Below are positions 40,286 through 49,291 of a DNA stretch of 64,000 nucleotides, in pieces (the first letter of the stretch is position 1; each line of letters opens with the position of its first letter). The position numbers and the translations under genes were made by a program. The stretch comes from an uncultured Alphaproteobacteria bacterium. Lineage in GTDB: Bacteria; Pseudomonadota; Alphaproteobacteria; HIMB59; GCA-002718135. The stretch is from assembly GCA_902577425.1 (NCBI GenBank), contig CACGZD010000006.1, forward strand, positions 10,722 to 74,721, read 5' to 3'. Below the pieces are notes generated by a model. The model had not been told where the DNA came from and made no database searches. It saw only the letters and a list, made by a program, of their open reading frames with translations.

Positions 40286-41770
40286 ATGAGAAGTTTATTT
40301 GTAATTTTAGGCAATCAATTATTTGATACTAAATATATACGTGATTTTAAAAATTCTACATTTTTTATGCGTGAAGATTATGAACTTTGCACTTATCAAA
40401 GACACCATAAATTAAAAATATTATTATTTTTGTCCTCAATGCGATCTTATGCAGATTTATTAAAAAATGAAAAATACAAAATAAAATATTTTGATTTAGA
40501 TAATGATTTTAAAGTTCCATATGAAAGAAAGTTAAAAAATTTTATAATTAAAAATAATATTACTGAATTAATTACATTTGAAATAGAAGATAAATTTTTT
40601 GAAAATAAAATAAGAAAATTAGTAAATACAATTGAGATAAAGTGGAAAATAATAGATTCTCCAATGTTTCTTAATTCTAGAAAAGAATTTAGGAATTATT
40701 TAAATCTTACTAAAAAACCATTAATGGCTAATTTTTATAAAATTGTAAGAAAAAAATATAATATTTTAATGGATGGTGATAAGCCTAGAGGAGGTAAATG
40801 GAGTTATGATAGTGAAAATAGAAAAAAATTACCAAAAAATTTTCAAATACCAATTATTCCTCAAATTCAAGAAACTAATCATACAAAAAAATTAAAAGAT
40901 ATAGTTACAAAAAAATTTTCAAAACATCCAGGTGATATTAAAAATTTCTGGATACCTACAACTCAGAAAGATGCTGAAAAATGGTTAAATTTTTTTATAA
41001 AAAATAAGTTAAATTTATTTGGTGATTATGAAGATGCAGTTGATAAAGACAATAATATTTTGTTTCATAGTGCACTAAGTCCGCTTATAAATTTGGGTTT
41101 ATTAACACCATTACAAATAATAAAAGAAATAAAAAAAGTAGAAAAAAAAATAAAAATTAATTCATTTGAAGGTTATTTTCGACAAATAGCAGGATGGAGA
41201 GAGTTTATAAGAGGTATATATCAAAACTATGACAAAAACTTAGAAAAAAATAATTTTTTTAATCATAATAATTTTTTTAAAAATAGTTGGTATGAAGGAA
41301 CAACTGGGTTAGTGCCACTTGATCATTCTATTAAAAATTCAATTAATTATGGATGGACCCATCATATAGAATGTTTGATGATTTTAGCTAATTTAATGAA
41401 TCTTTGTGAGATAAAACCAAAGGAAGTTTATAATTGGTTCATGGAAATGAATATGGATTCATCAGATTGGGTTATGATGCCAAATGTTTACGGGATGGGA
41501 CTTTTTAGTGATGGAGGAATTTTTTCTTCAAAACCTTATATTTGTGGATCAAGTTATATAATGAAAATGATGAACTTCAAAAAAGGTAAGTGGAATGATG
41601 TTATGGATGGATTATATTGGAGATTTATTAATAAAAATAGAAATTTTTTTTTAAAAAATCCAAGATTATCCATGATGGTTAGAATATTTGATAAAATGAA
41701 AATTGAAAGAAAAAATTATATATTAAATGAAGCAGAAAAATTTATTAACAAAAATACCTATGTCAAATAA
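40286..41770 (+). CDS. Prokaryotic (6-4) photolyase/CryPro (PhrB-like) protein
   Basis: ILGNQL, HKLKI..FLSSMR, GGKWSYDSENRK, FGDYEDA, HSALS..INLGLL, EGYFRQIAGWREF, WVMMPNVYGM, KPY. Confidence 0.9.
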   Translation: MRSLFVILGNQLFDTKYIRDFKNSTFFMREDYELCTYQRHHKLKILLFLSSMRSYADLLKNEKYKIKYFDLDNDFKVPYERKLKNFIIKNNITELITFEIEDKFFENKIRKLVNTIEIKWKIIDSPMFLNSRKEFRNYLNLTKKPLMANFYKIVRKKYNILMDGDKPRGGKWSYDSENRKKLPKNFQIPIIPQIQETNHTKKLKDIVTKKFSKHPGDIKNFWIPTTQKDAEKWLNFFIKNKLNLFGDYEDAVDKDNNILFHSALSPLINLGLLTPLQIIKEIKKVEKKIKINSFEGYFRQIAGWREFIRGIYQNYDKNLEKNNFFNHNNFFKNSWYEGTTGLVPLDHSIKNSINYGWTHHIECLMILANLMNLCEIKPKEVYNWFMEMNMDSSDWVMMPNVYGMGLFSDGGIFSSKPYICGSSYIMKMMNFKKGKWNDVMDGLYWRFINKNRNFFLKNPRLSMMVRIFDKMKIERKNYILNEAEKFINKNTYVK

Positions 41771-42110
41771 AGTTTTATTTAATAATTCATGTAGTATTTG
41801 TAGATTTGAAATAAATCATTACAAAAAAATTTCTGATAATTCTTTTGAATGGATAGATATAACAAATAATGAGGAAGCAATAAGATTAACTTCTAAATCA
41901 AAAAAAGATTTACTAAGACGCTTACATGTTATTGATGGCAATGAAGTTATTTGTGGCGCAAAAGCTTTTATTTTTATATGGAAAAAAATTCCAAAATATA
42001 GGATGTTATCTAAGATACTTGAATTAAAAATATTTTTTTATTTTTTTAATTTGTCTTATGAAATAGTAGCTTTTTTATTGTATATTAAAAATAGAAAACA
42101 GCTAAAATGA
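41760..42110 (+). CDS. DCC1-like thiol-disulfide oxidoreductase (DUF393)
   Basis: FNNSCSICRFEI (CxxC), LHV, GAKAF..IW. Likely start MSNK (ORF track start 41727). Confidence 0.8.
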   Translation: MSNKVLFNNSCSICRFEINHYKKISDNSFEWIDITNNEEAIRLTSKSKKDLLRRLHVIDGNEVICGAKAFIFIWKKIPKYRMLSKILELKIFFYFFNLSYEIVAFLLYIKNRKQLK

Positions 42111-42240
42111 AAAAAAAATTACCAAGTAAAGTATGTCCAAAATGTAAAAGAAATTTTAATTGGAGAAAAAATGGTCACTTAATTGGCATAAAGTTAAATA
42201 CTGTTCAAAAAAATGCTCATCTAACAAAATTTTTGAATAA
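42107..42240 (+). pseudogene. DUF2256-family small Cys protein, frameshifted in an A-run
   Basis: LPSKVCPKCKRNFNWRK continues as WSLNWHKVKYCSKKCSS in another frame. Adding one A to the A6 run at 42166-42171 restores the typical WRKKW...W..VKYCS..C sequence. Confidence 0.8.
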
Positions 42241-43360
42241 TTTTTGGAATATAATTTTTAAAATTAAAAAACCCTTTATTACAATATTGCCATGCAAATA
42301 GATCAATTTCCCTATACAAAAAATTTACTTTTGTAAGATTAATTAAATTTATAAAATCTAAATTCTCTCCCACATAGGGATAAAAAATATAAAAATCTTC
42401 TTTTATCTTTTTGATATCATCTATGTTGATTATATCACAACTTATTGATTTTTTATTCAATCTATTTAATTGATCATTGATTAAATCATTTTTAAAATTT
42501 ATGACTTTTTTACACAAACTATTTTTTCTATTATCATTTTTAACAATAATTATTTTTTCAAATATTTTATCATTGTATTCACTATTTTCAAAAAAGAGGT
42601 TATTTTCAAATATTAAAAGTTTTTTACTTCCTTCTATTTTTTTATTTTTTAATTCTTTATTAATTATAGAATATTCTATATTTTCTTTTATAGGCAAAGC
42701 ATTTTCATTAATTGCAATTTTTTTATATTTTTCATTGGTAAATTTTCTAATATTCCATTCTTTTGCAAGATAATGTTTTCCTTTTGTTTGTATCCCCGCT
42801 ACCCATCTCCAACTTAATGTATTTGAAGCTGTATCTCCATCATATAAATATTTCATAAAAAATGCTGCCCCTAATTCCCAAGGCAAATTAAAGGTAAAAA
42901 TCCAGATACTGGCAAACCACATTCGAGCATGATTATGTAGGTAATTACTCTCTTTTAATTCTTTTACCCAATCATTAAAGCATTCAATATTGCTATTGCC
43001 CTCAGTTACCTGAATATATTTTCTATTATCTTTGAATTCATCTTTCAGTTTTTTTAGATTTTTTAAATAATTTTTCCAAACTTGTGGCCTTAACTCCAAC
43101 CAACCTCTCCAATAAATTCTCCATAGAATTTCTTGAATAAACTTTTCAGAAGTAAGGTATGAATGTTTTTTTAAAGATTCTCTAATAACTTCATTTTCAC
43201 TAAGAATTCCGTGAGTAATGTATGGAGACAAATTTGATGTTGTTGTTTTATTATCAATATCAAATTTAAAATTTCTTAATTTAGAATAATTTATCAACTT
43301 TTCTTCAATAAAATATGTTAAATTTTTTTTTGCTTCAATTCTTGTAGGTTTAATTATCAT
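42221..43360 (-). CDS. Photolyase-like protein with N-terminal FAD-binding domain (NewPHL/short photolyase-like architecture)
   Basis: Starts directly with the helical FAD domain: YSKLRNF, SNLSPYITHG, KFIQEILWRIYW, YLHNHARMWFAS, DGDTASNTLSWRWVAG. Confidence 0.85.
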   Translation of the reverse strand: MIIKPTRIEAKKNLTYFIEEKLINYSKLRNFKFDIDNKTTTSNLSPYITHGILSENEVIRESLKKHSYLTSEKFIQEILWRIYWRGWLELRPQVWKNYLKNLKKLKDEFKDNRKYIQVTEGNSNIECFNDWVKELKESNYLHNHARMWFASIWIFTFNLPWELGAAFFMKYLYDGDTASNTLSWRWVAGIQTKGKHYLAKEWNIRKFTNEKYKKIAINENALPIKENIEYSIINKELKNKKIEGSKKLLIFENNLFFENSEYNDKIFEKIIIVKNDNRKNSLCKKVINFKNDLINDQLNRLNKKSISCDIINIDDIKKIKEDFYIFYPYVGENLDFINLINLTKVNFLYREIDLFAWQYCNKGFFNFKNYIPKIIQKFC

Positions 43361-43441
43361 ATAATTATTTTATTAAATTTTGTTTATATTTATAAATTTT
43401 AAATAATAATCAATATAGAATTTTTTAATTTTGTTATTATA

Positions 43442-43684
43442 TTGAAAGTAATGAATAATAATATTGATTTAATTATCAAATTAGCATGGCATGATAAATC
43501 ATCATTTGAAAAAATTTTCAGATTATATGGCGTTTCTGAAAAAGAGGTCATTTTAATAATGAGAAAGAACCTGAAACCCAGTTCTTTTAGAATTTGGCGC
43601 AAGAGAGTATCTGGTAGAAAATCTAAACATGAAAAAAAATTTAAATTATTGGATAAGAAAAATAATTCTTATGAGTCAATATAA
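43442..43684 (+). CDS. TIGR03643/DUF2805 family small protein
   Basis: IIKLAWHD..SFE.I...G.SEKEVI.IMR..LK.SSF..WRKRV.GR..KH pattern. Confidence 0.8.
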   Translation: MKVMNNNIDLIIKLAWHDKSSFEKIFRLYGVSEKEVILIMRKNLKPSSFRIWRKRVSGRKSKHEKKFKLLDKKNNSYESI

Positions 43685-43729
43685 TGACCGTTAGTTCCCT
43701 TTTTTTATATTTCAATTTAAAATAATTAA

Positions 43730-44419
43730 TTAAAGTTTTTTTTGGTTAATTACAACATCAACTAAAATAGCAATAAGAAGATTGAGCATTGTGATGGCAC
43801 AAATAATAATAAAACTAAAAAAATAGATCCACGCCCACCAAAATATTTCTTGTAAAGGAAGCATGACAGTTTCCCAGCTTGATAGAGTTAAAACTTGAAA
43901 TAAGGTAATTAATGATACTCCAACATCATTCCATCTTTCTGGAATATGACTTGCAAAGAGCATAGATCCAATTGTTGCATAAATATAAAGTATAATAAAA
44001 AGCAATAATCCTACATAAAAAACTCTTTTTATAGAATCAATTAAAGCTTCAATTATCTTCTTTAGTTCTGGAATAGCTGATATTAATCTTAATACTCTAA
44101 ATACCCTTAATAATCTTAATAACAGAAAACTTGAATTGTTTGGAATTGGAATTAGAGATACTAAAACTATTAAAGTATCGAAGATATTCCATCCATTCTT
44201 AAAAAAATTAATTTTTTTTGGCTCACCTATAAATCTAATTAAAATTTCAATAACAAAAAAAATTGTGATTAAATAATCAAGTATTTTTATTGAATTTGCA
44301 ATGTATGCATTTAATTCATATGTGCTAACTCCAAGTGTGATAGCATTTAAAATTATTATTGTAATAACAATAAATTGAAAAATTCTTGATGAATTTAATT
44401 TAAATAACAAATTTGACAT
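43730..44419 (-). CDS. 6-TM voltage-gated cation channel (BacNav-like ion transporter)
   Basis: S2 FVIEILIR, S3 WNIFD, S4 RLLRVFRVLR, pore LFQVLTLSSWE, S6 LNLLIAILV. Confidence 0.9.
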   Translation of the reverse strand: MSNLLFKLNSSRIFQFIVITIIILNAITLGVSTYELNAYIANSIKILDYLITIFFVIEILIRFIGEPKKINFFKNGWNIFDTLIVLVSLIPIPNNSSFLLLRLLRVFRVLRLISAIPELKKIIEALIDSIKRVFYVGLLLFIILYIYATIGSMLFASHIPERWNDVGVSLITLFQVLTLSSWETVMLPLQEIFWWAWIYFFSFIIICAITMLNLLIAILVDVVINQKKL

Positions 44420-44565
44420 TATAATTTATTTTATATTATACTTTTTTAATTGCTTTTCAATTATGACGCTTATGAGGACAGTTATACCTTGTTTAAAATA
44501 TTAATTAAAAGTTAAATAAATTAATCCATTTAAATTTTAACTTCATTGTGATAATTGAGGATATA

Positions 44566-45324
44566 ATGTCAAAAAATTTTGCAGTTTATCCAAGTTTATT
44601 AGAAAAAACTGTTTTTGTTACTGGTGGAGCTTTAGGTATTGGAGCGGAGATTGTAACAGCTTTTGCTAAACAAGGTTCGAAAGTTGGTTTTCTTGATTTG
44701 GATATAGAGGCTAGTAAAAAACTTGCAAAAAAGTTGGGAGATAATGTTCATTTTGAAATATGTGATTTAACTAGTATTTCAGCTATGCAGACATCGATGA
44801 AAAACTTAAAGAAACTGATAGGATCTGCTGATATTTTGATTAATAATGCAGCAAATGATGATCGTCACGATTGGAAAGATGTAACAGAAGATTATTGGAA
44901 TGAAAGATTATCAACAAATCTTCGTCACCAATTTTTTGCTATTCAGCATGTTGCTCCTGAAATGATAAAAAAAGGTGGAGGATCAATTATCAATATAGGT
45001 TCAAATTCTTGGTGGGAGGCGGGCGGTGGATTTCCAGCATATGCCACTGCCAAATCAGCAGTTCATGGATTAACTAGAACAATGGCAAGAGATCTAGGTA
45101 AGCATCGTATTCGAGTTAATACTGTGGTTCCAGGATGGATTATGACCGATAGACAAAAAAAATTATGGGTTACTCCTGAAGCTTTAGAAAATCAACAAAA
45201 GCGTCAATGTCTACCAGATCTTATAGAGCCTGTTTATGTTGCTCGCATGGTTTTATTCTTAGCTTCAGATGATGCTTCAATGTGTACAGCAAATAATTAT
45301 ATGGTTGAAGCTGGTTCAATTTAA
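44566..45324 (+). CDS. SDR sugar dehydrogenase (D-xylose/aldose 1-dehydrogenase-like)
   Basis: YPSL..K.VFVTGG..GIG, NNAANDDRH, YATAK, VVPGWIMTDRQ. Likely start MSKNF (ORF track start 44548). Confidence 0.8.
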   Translation: MSKNFAVYPSLLEKTVFVTGGALGIGAEIVTAFAKQGSKVGFLDLDIEASKKLAKKLGDNVHFEICDLTSISAMQTSMKNLKKLIGSADILINNAANDDRHDWKDVTEDYWNERLSTNLRHQFFAIQHVAPEMIKKGGGSIINIGSNSWWEAGGGFPAYATAKSAVHGLTRTMARDLGKHRIRVNTVVPGWIMTDRQKKLWVTPEALENQQKRQCLPDLIEPVYVARMVLFLASDDASMCTANNYMVEAGSI

Positions 45325-45333
45325 TAAAATTTT

Positions 45334-45831
45334 TTAATTGATATTGATTTTAGAAATCATACCACTTTCGTAATGACCAGGTACATTACAAGCAGCTTCT
45401 AGAATAAGATCAGTATTAAATTTCCATATTATTTCGCTACTCTTATTTGGTTCTAATAAAACACTATTTGAATGAGAGTGAGCCATGGAATGATTAGTTT
45501 TTGAAATTTCTTTCATCTTTTCATAATCAATTTTGTCTCCTAGTAAAATTTCGTTTTCCATCATTTCCATCATTTCAGGCTGATGGTTTAAATGCATTTT
45601 TTTTGTCGCTATATTAAATTCATGAACAAGTAATCCAAGATTTTTGACTAAGAATTTAATTGTTTCACCTTTTTTTATATTTATTACATTTGGCTCAAAA
45701 TAATTATCATACATTTTTATTTCAATAATCCTATCTACCTCAGAAGATTCACCTTTTTTACCTATATGATTCATAGAAGCTGCAAATCCTATATTAGGAA
45801 TAAGAAAAAGTAAAAAAATAAGAATCTTCAT
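45334..45831 (-). CDS. Periplasmic cupredoxin (CopI-like copper-binding protein)
   Basis: Signal peptide, HEF, His/Met-rich segment, C-terminal ACNVPGHYESGM type-1 Cu ligands. Confidence 0.85.
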   Translation of the reverse strand: MKILIFLLFLIPNIGFAASMNHIGKKGESSEVDRIIEIKMYDNYFEPNVINIKKGETIKFLVKNLGLLVHEFNIATKKMHLNHQPEMMEMMENEILLGDKIDYEKMKEISKTNHSMAHSHSNSVLLEPNKSSEIIWKFNTDLILEAACNVPGHYESGMISKININ

Positions 45832-45880
45832 AATATTTAATATCTAACTAGTTAATGAATTAAATATTTCAATATGAAAT

Positions 45881-45919
45881 ATTAATGGTGCCACAGGGCA
45901 GAATCGAACTGCCGGCTTA
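45881..45919 (-). repeat. 39-bp direct repeat of the tRNA-Thr 3' end (att-like)
   Basis: attaatggtgccacagggcagaatcgaactgccggctta is identical to 46498-46536. Confidence 0.95.
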
Positions 45920-46047
45920 ACCCTTGCTAAGTCTGGTATTTGAATTCTAATTTAATTACCTTTGCACAAATATCAGAATCAATCACTTGTCTTTTAATCA
46001 GAATCATATTTAAAATGATATAGTTAATTATAATAATAGGAGAATTT

Positions 46048-46449
46048 ATGATTGAATCTGCAGGGGGAATGGTGCCCTTTTTGTGCCACGTATTTTTAAT
46101 TTTATTCGGAGGTTTTTTTGGATTAAATTTTGCATTTAATAAGAATTTTGCTAGCAAAAATTTTGGGTTTGATAATATTCAGGCAACTTATATGGGTAGA
46201 CCGTTAGGTTTTTTAATGACTGGATGTGTTGTGATGGCTTTTTTTGCATTGTTTGAAATAGCAGGAGTAACATCTGCTAATGAAATATTTGGTGCTATAT
46301 TTATATTCACTGTTTTAGCTTTTGTTTACAATATCTCATTAGTTATGAAAATCTTACCAACTCATGATGGTAATGATCACCATATTAAAAATGCTATAAG
46401 ACCATTAATTCCAATGATTGTAATTTTAATTAGGTATTTTAATTTATAA
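46048..46449 (+). CDS. Hypothetical membrane protein (~4 TM)
   Basis: RBS AGGAG, four hydrophobic segments, own terminator. Confidence 0.8.
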   Translation: MIESAGGMVPFLCHVFLILFGGFFGLNFAFNKNFASKNFGFDNIQATYMGRPLGFLMTGCVVMAFFALFEIAGVTSANEIFGAIFIFTVLAFVYNISLVMKILPTHDGNDHHIKNAIRPLIPMIVILIRYFNL

Positions 46450-46459
46450 TTATAAAAAT

Positions 46460-46489
46460 TAAATAGCACTCAAATTAGAGTGCTATTTA
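46460..46489. terminator. Probable bidirectional terminator between the cassette gene and tRNA-Thr
   Basis: taaatagcactc-aaatta-gagtgctattta 12-bp stem. Confidence 0.7.
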
Positions 46490-46502
46490 TATTCAAGATT
46501 AA

Positions 46503-46577
46503 TGGTGCCACAGGGCAGAATCGAACTGCCGGCTTATTCATTACCAATGAATTACTCTACCCCTGAGTTACTGCGGC
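46503..46577 (-). tRNA. tRNA-Thr (GGT)
   Basis: Cloverleaf with acceptor GCCGCAG/CTGTGGC, anticodon arm ATTCA-TTGGTAA-TGAAT, T arm GGCAG-TTCGATT-CTGCC, encoded CCA. Confidence 0.95.
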
Positions 46578-46662
46578 ACAATTAGCTAAATATCATGAGT
46601 ACAAATTATTTGTTATAAAAAAAATAAAACAATGAGATTATTCACAAAATATTTGATGAAAT

Positions 46663-47145
46663 TTAATTTGCTAAATTTTCAACTATTTCAGTATTATTAG
46701 TAAAATTAAAAATTTTGGGAGAAATTTTAATTTTTGAAGAGCGATTACCTCCACCTAATATTACATAATCTCGATTCATAATTTTTGAGTCAATCCATAT
46801 TGGCAAATTATCTGGTAAAGTAAATGGAGTAACACCTCCTATTTCCATATTTGTTAATTTAATAGTTTCTGCAGCATTAGCGAAAGAAACCTTTCTTGCT
46901 TCTAATTTTTTTCTGATCACATTATTTATATTTAATTTATTTGTAGCTAACAATGCGCAGGTAACATATTTTAATTCACCAGTTTTAGTTTTTACAATAA
47001 TGGCGTTAACGGAGTCTTCAAGTTTAATATTATATTCTTTACAAAATACTTGGGTGTCCGCCATATTAGGATCACAGTCCATTATTTCAAATTCTATATT
47101 TGTACTTTCTAAAAACTTTCTTATTTGAGGGAGAGTATCTGTCAT
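46663..47145 (-). CDS. YbaK/aminoacyl-tRNA deacylase family protein
   Basis: KVSFA, MEIGGVTPF, ILGGGNRSSKI. Confidence 0.85.
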   Translation of the reverse strand: MTDTLPQIRKFLESTNIEFEIMDCDPNMADTQVFCKEYNIKLEDSVNAIIVKTKTGELKYVTCALLATNKLNINNVIRKKLEARKVSFANAAETIKLTNMEIGGVTPFTLPDNLPIWIDSKIMNRDYVILGGGNRSSKIKISPKIFNFTNNTEIVENLAN

Positions 47146-47176
47146 TTAATTAATCTTATAGATAAATTAACAATCT

Positions 47177-48193
47177 TTAACCATCCTTATAATAATAACT
47201 ATATCCATTTATAGCTGGAGCTCCACCTAGATGAGCATATAAAATTTTAGATCCATCAGGAAAAAATTTCTTTTTAGCGAGATCAATTAAGCCTTGCATT
47301 GATTTTCCTTCATAAACTGGGTCAGTTATCATTCCTTCTGTTTTAGCTGCTAACCGAATTGCATCATTAGTTTCTTCACTTGGTACTCCATAAGATGGGT
47401 AAGCATAATCAGGATTTATAATTATTTCATCATCCTTAATTTCTCTTCCAAGCTCAACTAGTTTAGCGGTATTAGAAACAATTTGTTTAACTTGAGATCT
47501 TGTTTGCTCATAAGTTGCCGAAGCATCTATTCCTATGACACGGTCAGCTCTATTATCATCTGCAAAACCCACAATCATTCCAGCTTGAGTAGATCCTGTT
47601 ACTACACACACAATAATGTAATCAAATTTAAATCCTAATTCCTTTTCTTGCTCTTTTACTTCTTCAGCAAAGCCTACATAACCAAGTCCACCATATTTAT
47701 GAACTGATGCTCCAGCTGGAATACCGTAAGGTTTCCCACCTTCATCTTTTATAGCTTGAATAGCTTCTTCATAACTTTTTCTAATACCTATATCAAAACC
47801 ATCATTAACTAATCGGCTATCAGCGCCCATTAAACGAGTTAAAAGTATGTTGCCAACTCGATCATATACTCCATCATAATGTGGAACCCACTTTTCCTGA
47901 ACAAGTCTGCATTTCATTCCTATTTTAGCAGCTGTTGCTGCAACCATTCTAGTATGGTTGGATTGAACGCCGCCAATTGAAACTAAGGTATCAGCACCAG
48001 AATCAATTGCATCAGGAACAATATATTCAAGTTTTCTTAGTTTGTTTCCTCCAAAAGCTAAACCTGAATTACAGTCATCTCGCTTTGCATAAATTTCTAA
48101 ATTACCTTGTAATTTTCTAGAAAGTCTCGGTAAATGCTCTATTGGTGTTACTCCAAAAGTTAATGGATATCGCTTAAACTTTTTTAAATTCAT
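47177..48193 (-). CDS. acdS: 1-aminocyclopropane-1-carboxylate deaminase
   Basis: 338 aa; [28 protein letters not shown]; diagnostic E295 (DPVYE) and L322 (HLGG) present. Confidence 0.92.
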   Translation of the reverse strand: MNLKKFKRYPLTFGVTPIEHLPRLSRKLQGNLEIYAKRDDCNSGLAFGGNKLRKLEYIVPDAIDSGADTLVSIGGVQSNHTRMVAATAAKIGMKCRLVQEKWVPHYDGVYDRVGNILLTRLMGADSRLVNDGFDIGIRKSYEEAIQAIKDEGGKPYGIPAGASVHKYGGLGYVGFAEEVKEQEKELGFKFDYIIVCVVTGSTQAGMIVGFADDNRADRVIGIDASATYEQTRSQVKQIVSNTAKLVELGREIKDDEIIINPDYAYPSYGVPSEETNDAIRLAAKTEGMITDPVYEGKSMQGLIDLAKKKFFPDGSKILYAHLGGAPAINGYSYYYKDG

Positions 48194-48228
48194 TACTAAC
48201 TAAATATCATATAATATATGATAAAACC

Positions 48229-48630
48229 ATGAAGATTAAAAAAATTGATTTATTCATATTAAGTATAAATATTCTTTTTTTTGTTTATTATTCTTTTCAA
48301 CTTTTAGTTTTTACAGATGAATTTGCTATTAGGAATATTGGTGCATTTAACCATGCTATAGCAGGTTTATCAGAAATATTAGGTATTATTTTTCTCTCAT
48401 TATCAATAGGTTTAATTATAATTTTATATAAAGGAATAAAGAATCAACTACCATTATTTATAACAATATTGCTTATACAATTAATTATTTCATTAAATTT
48501 TTGGAGATATATATTAACTAATAGTCCAGGTGAGACAGATCTTTTTACAATATCTATTAACGCATCAATCTTCTCTTTTTGTTCATTGCTAACAATATTA
48601 TTTATTTTTAATAATAAAAAATATTTGTAG
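48229..48630 (+). CDS. Hypothetical membrane protein (~4 TM)
   Basis: Four hydrophobic segments; fills the gap between flanking genes. Confidence 0.7.
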   Translation: MKIKKIDLFILSINILFFVYYSFQLLVFTDEFAIRNIGAFNHAIAGLSEILGIIFLSLSIGLIIILYKGIKNQLPLFITILLIQLIISLNFWRYILTNSPGETDLFTISINASIFSFCSLLTILFIFNNKKYL

Positions 48631-48659
48631 AGAATTGAATTTTGTTTTAAATTAAAATT

Positions 48660-49256
48660 ATGAAAGAAATTGAATTTTGGTTTTCTATTGGAAGTACATA
48701 TACTTATTTAACCGTTGAGAGAATTTTTTCTGTTGAAAAAGAAAATAATGTTAAATTTATTTGGAAACCTTTTAGCGTAAGACAAATAATGATTGAGATG
48801 GAAAATGTTCCTTTTACACCACCTCCAAAGAAAAATAAATCTGATTACATGTGGAGAGATATAGAAAGAAGAGCTAAATTTTATGGATTTGAAGCAAAAG
48901 TTCCTGCGCCATACCCTCTAAAAGAATTTGATTTAGCAAATAAAATTGCAGTTTTAGGTATGGATCAAGAATGGGGTATTCCTTATGTTAAAAAAACTTA
49001 TCGAAGATGGTTTCAGCAAAGCTTGGAGCCAGCTTTAGAACCAAATGTTACTGAGATACTAAATCAACTAGAATTAGATCCTATTAAAACTATAGAATTG
49101 GCAAAAAGTGAAAATATAAATCAAAAATATTTAAATCAAACTGAAATAGCGAAGAGTAAAAAAATTTTTGGTAGTCCAACTTTTATTTATAACGATGAAG
49201 TTTTTTGGGGAGATGATAGACTTGAAGATTGCATTAAATGGTCAAATTTAAATTAA
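48660..49256 (+). CDS. 2-hydroxychromene-2-carboxylate isomerase/kappa-GST (DsbA fold)
   Basis: EFWFSIGSTYTY, YMWRDIERRA, IFGSPTF, FWGDDRL. Confidence 0.88.
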   Translation: MKEIEFWFSIGSTYTYLTVERIFSVEKENNVKFIWKPFSVRQIMIEMENVPFTPPPKKNKSDYMWRDIERRAKFYGFEAKVPAPYPLKEFDLANKIAVLGMDQEWGIPYVKKTYRRWFQQSLEPALEPNVTEILNQLELDPIKTIELAKSENINQKYLNQTEIAKSKKIFGSPTFIYNDEVFWGDDRLEDCIKWSNLN

Positions 49257-49291
49257 TTTATTTATATAGATTTCAAAAACTTTAGATTTAA

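Larger units (their letters stand above)
45881..46536. mobile_element. Putative tRNA-anchored single-gene mini-island (617-bp unit)
   Basis: Perfect direct repeats bracket one CDS and its terminator. No integrase is present. Confidence 0.65.

Noticed and set aside
45886-45919. Apparent second tRNA gene
   Set aside because: Only the 3' part is present (no D arm or anticodon loop), so it is treated as an att-like repeat.
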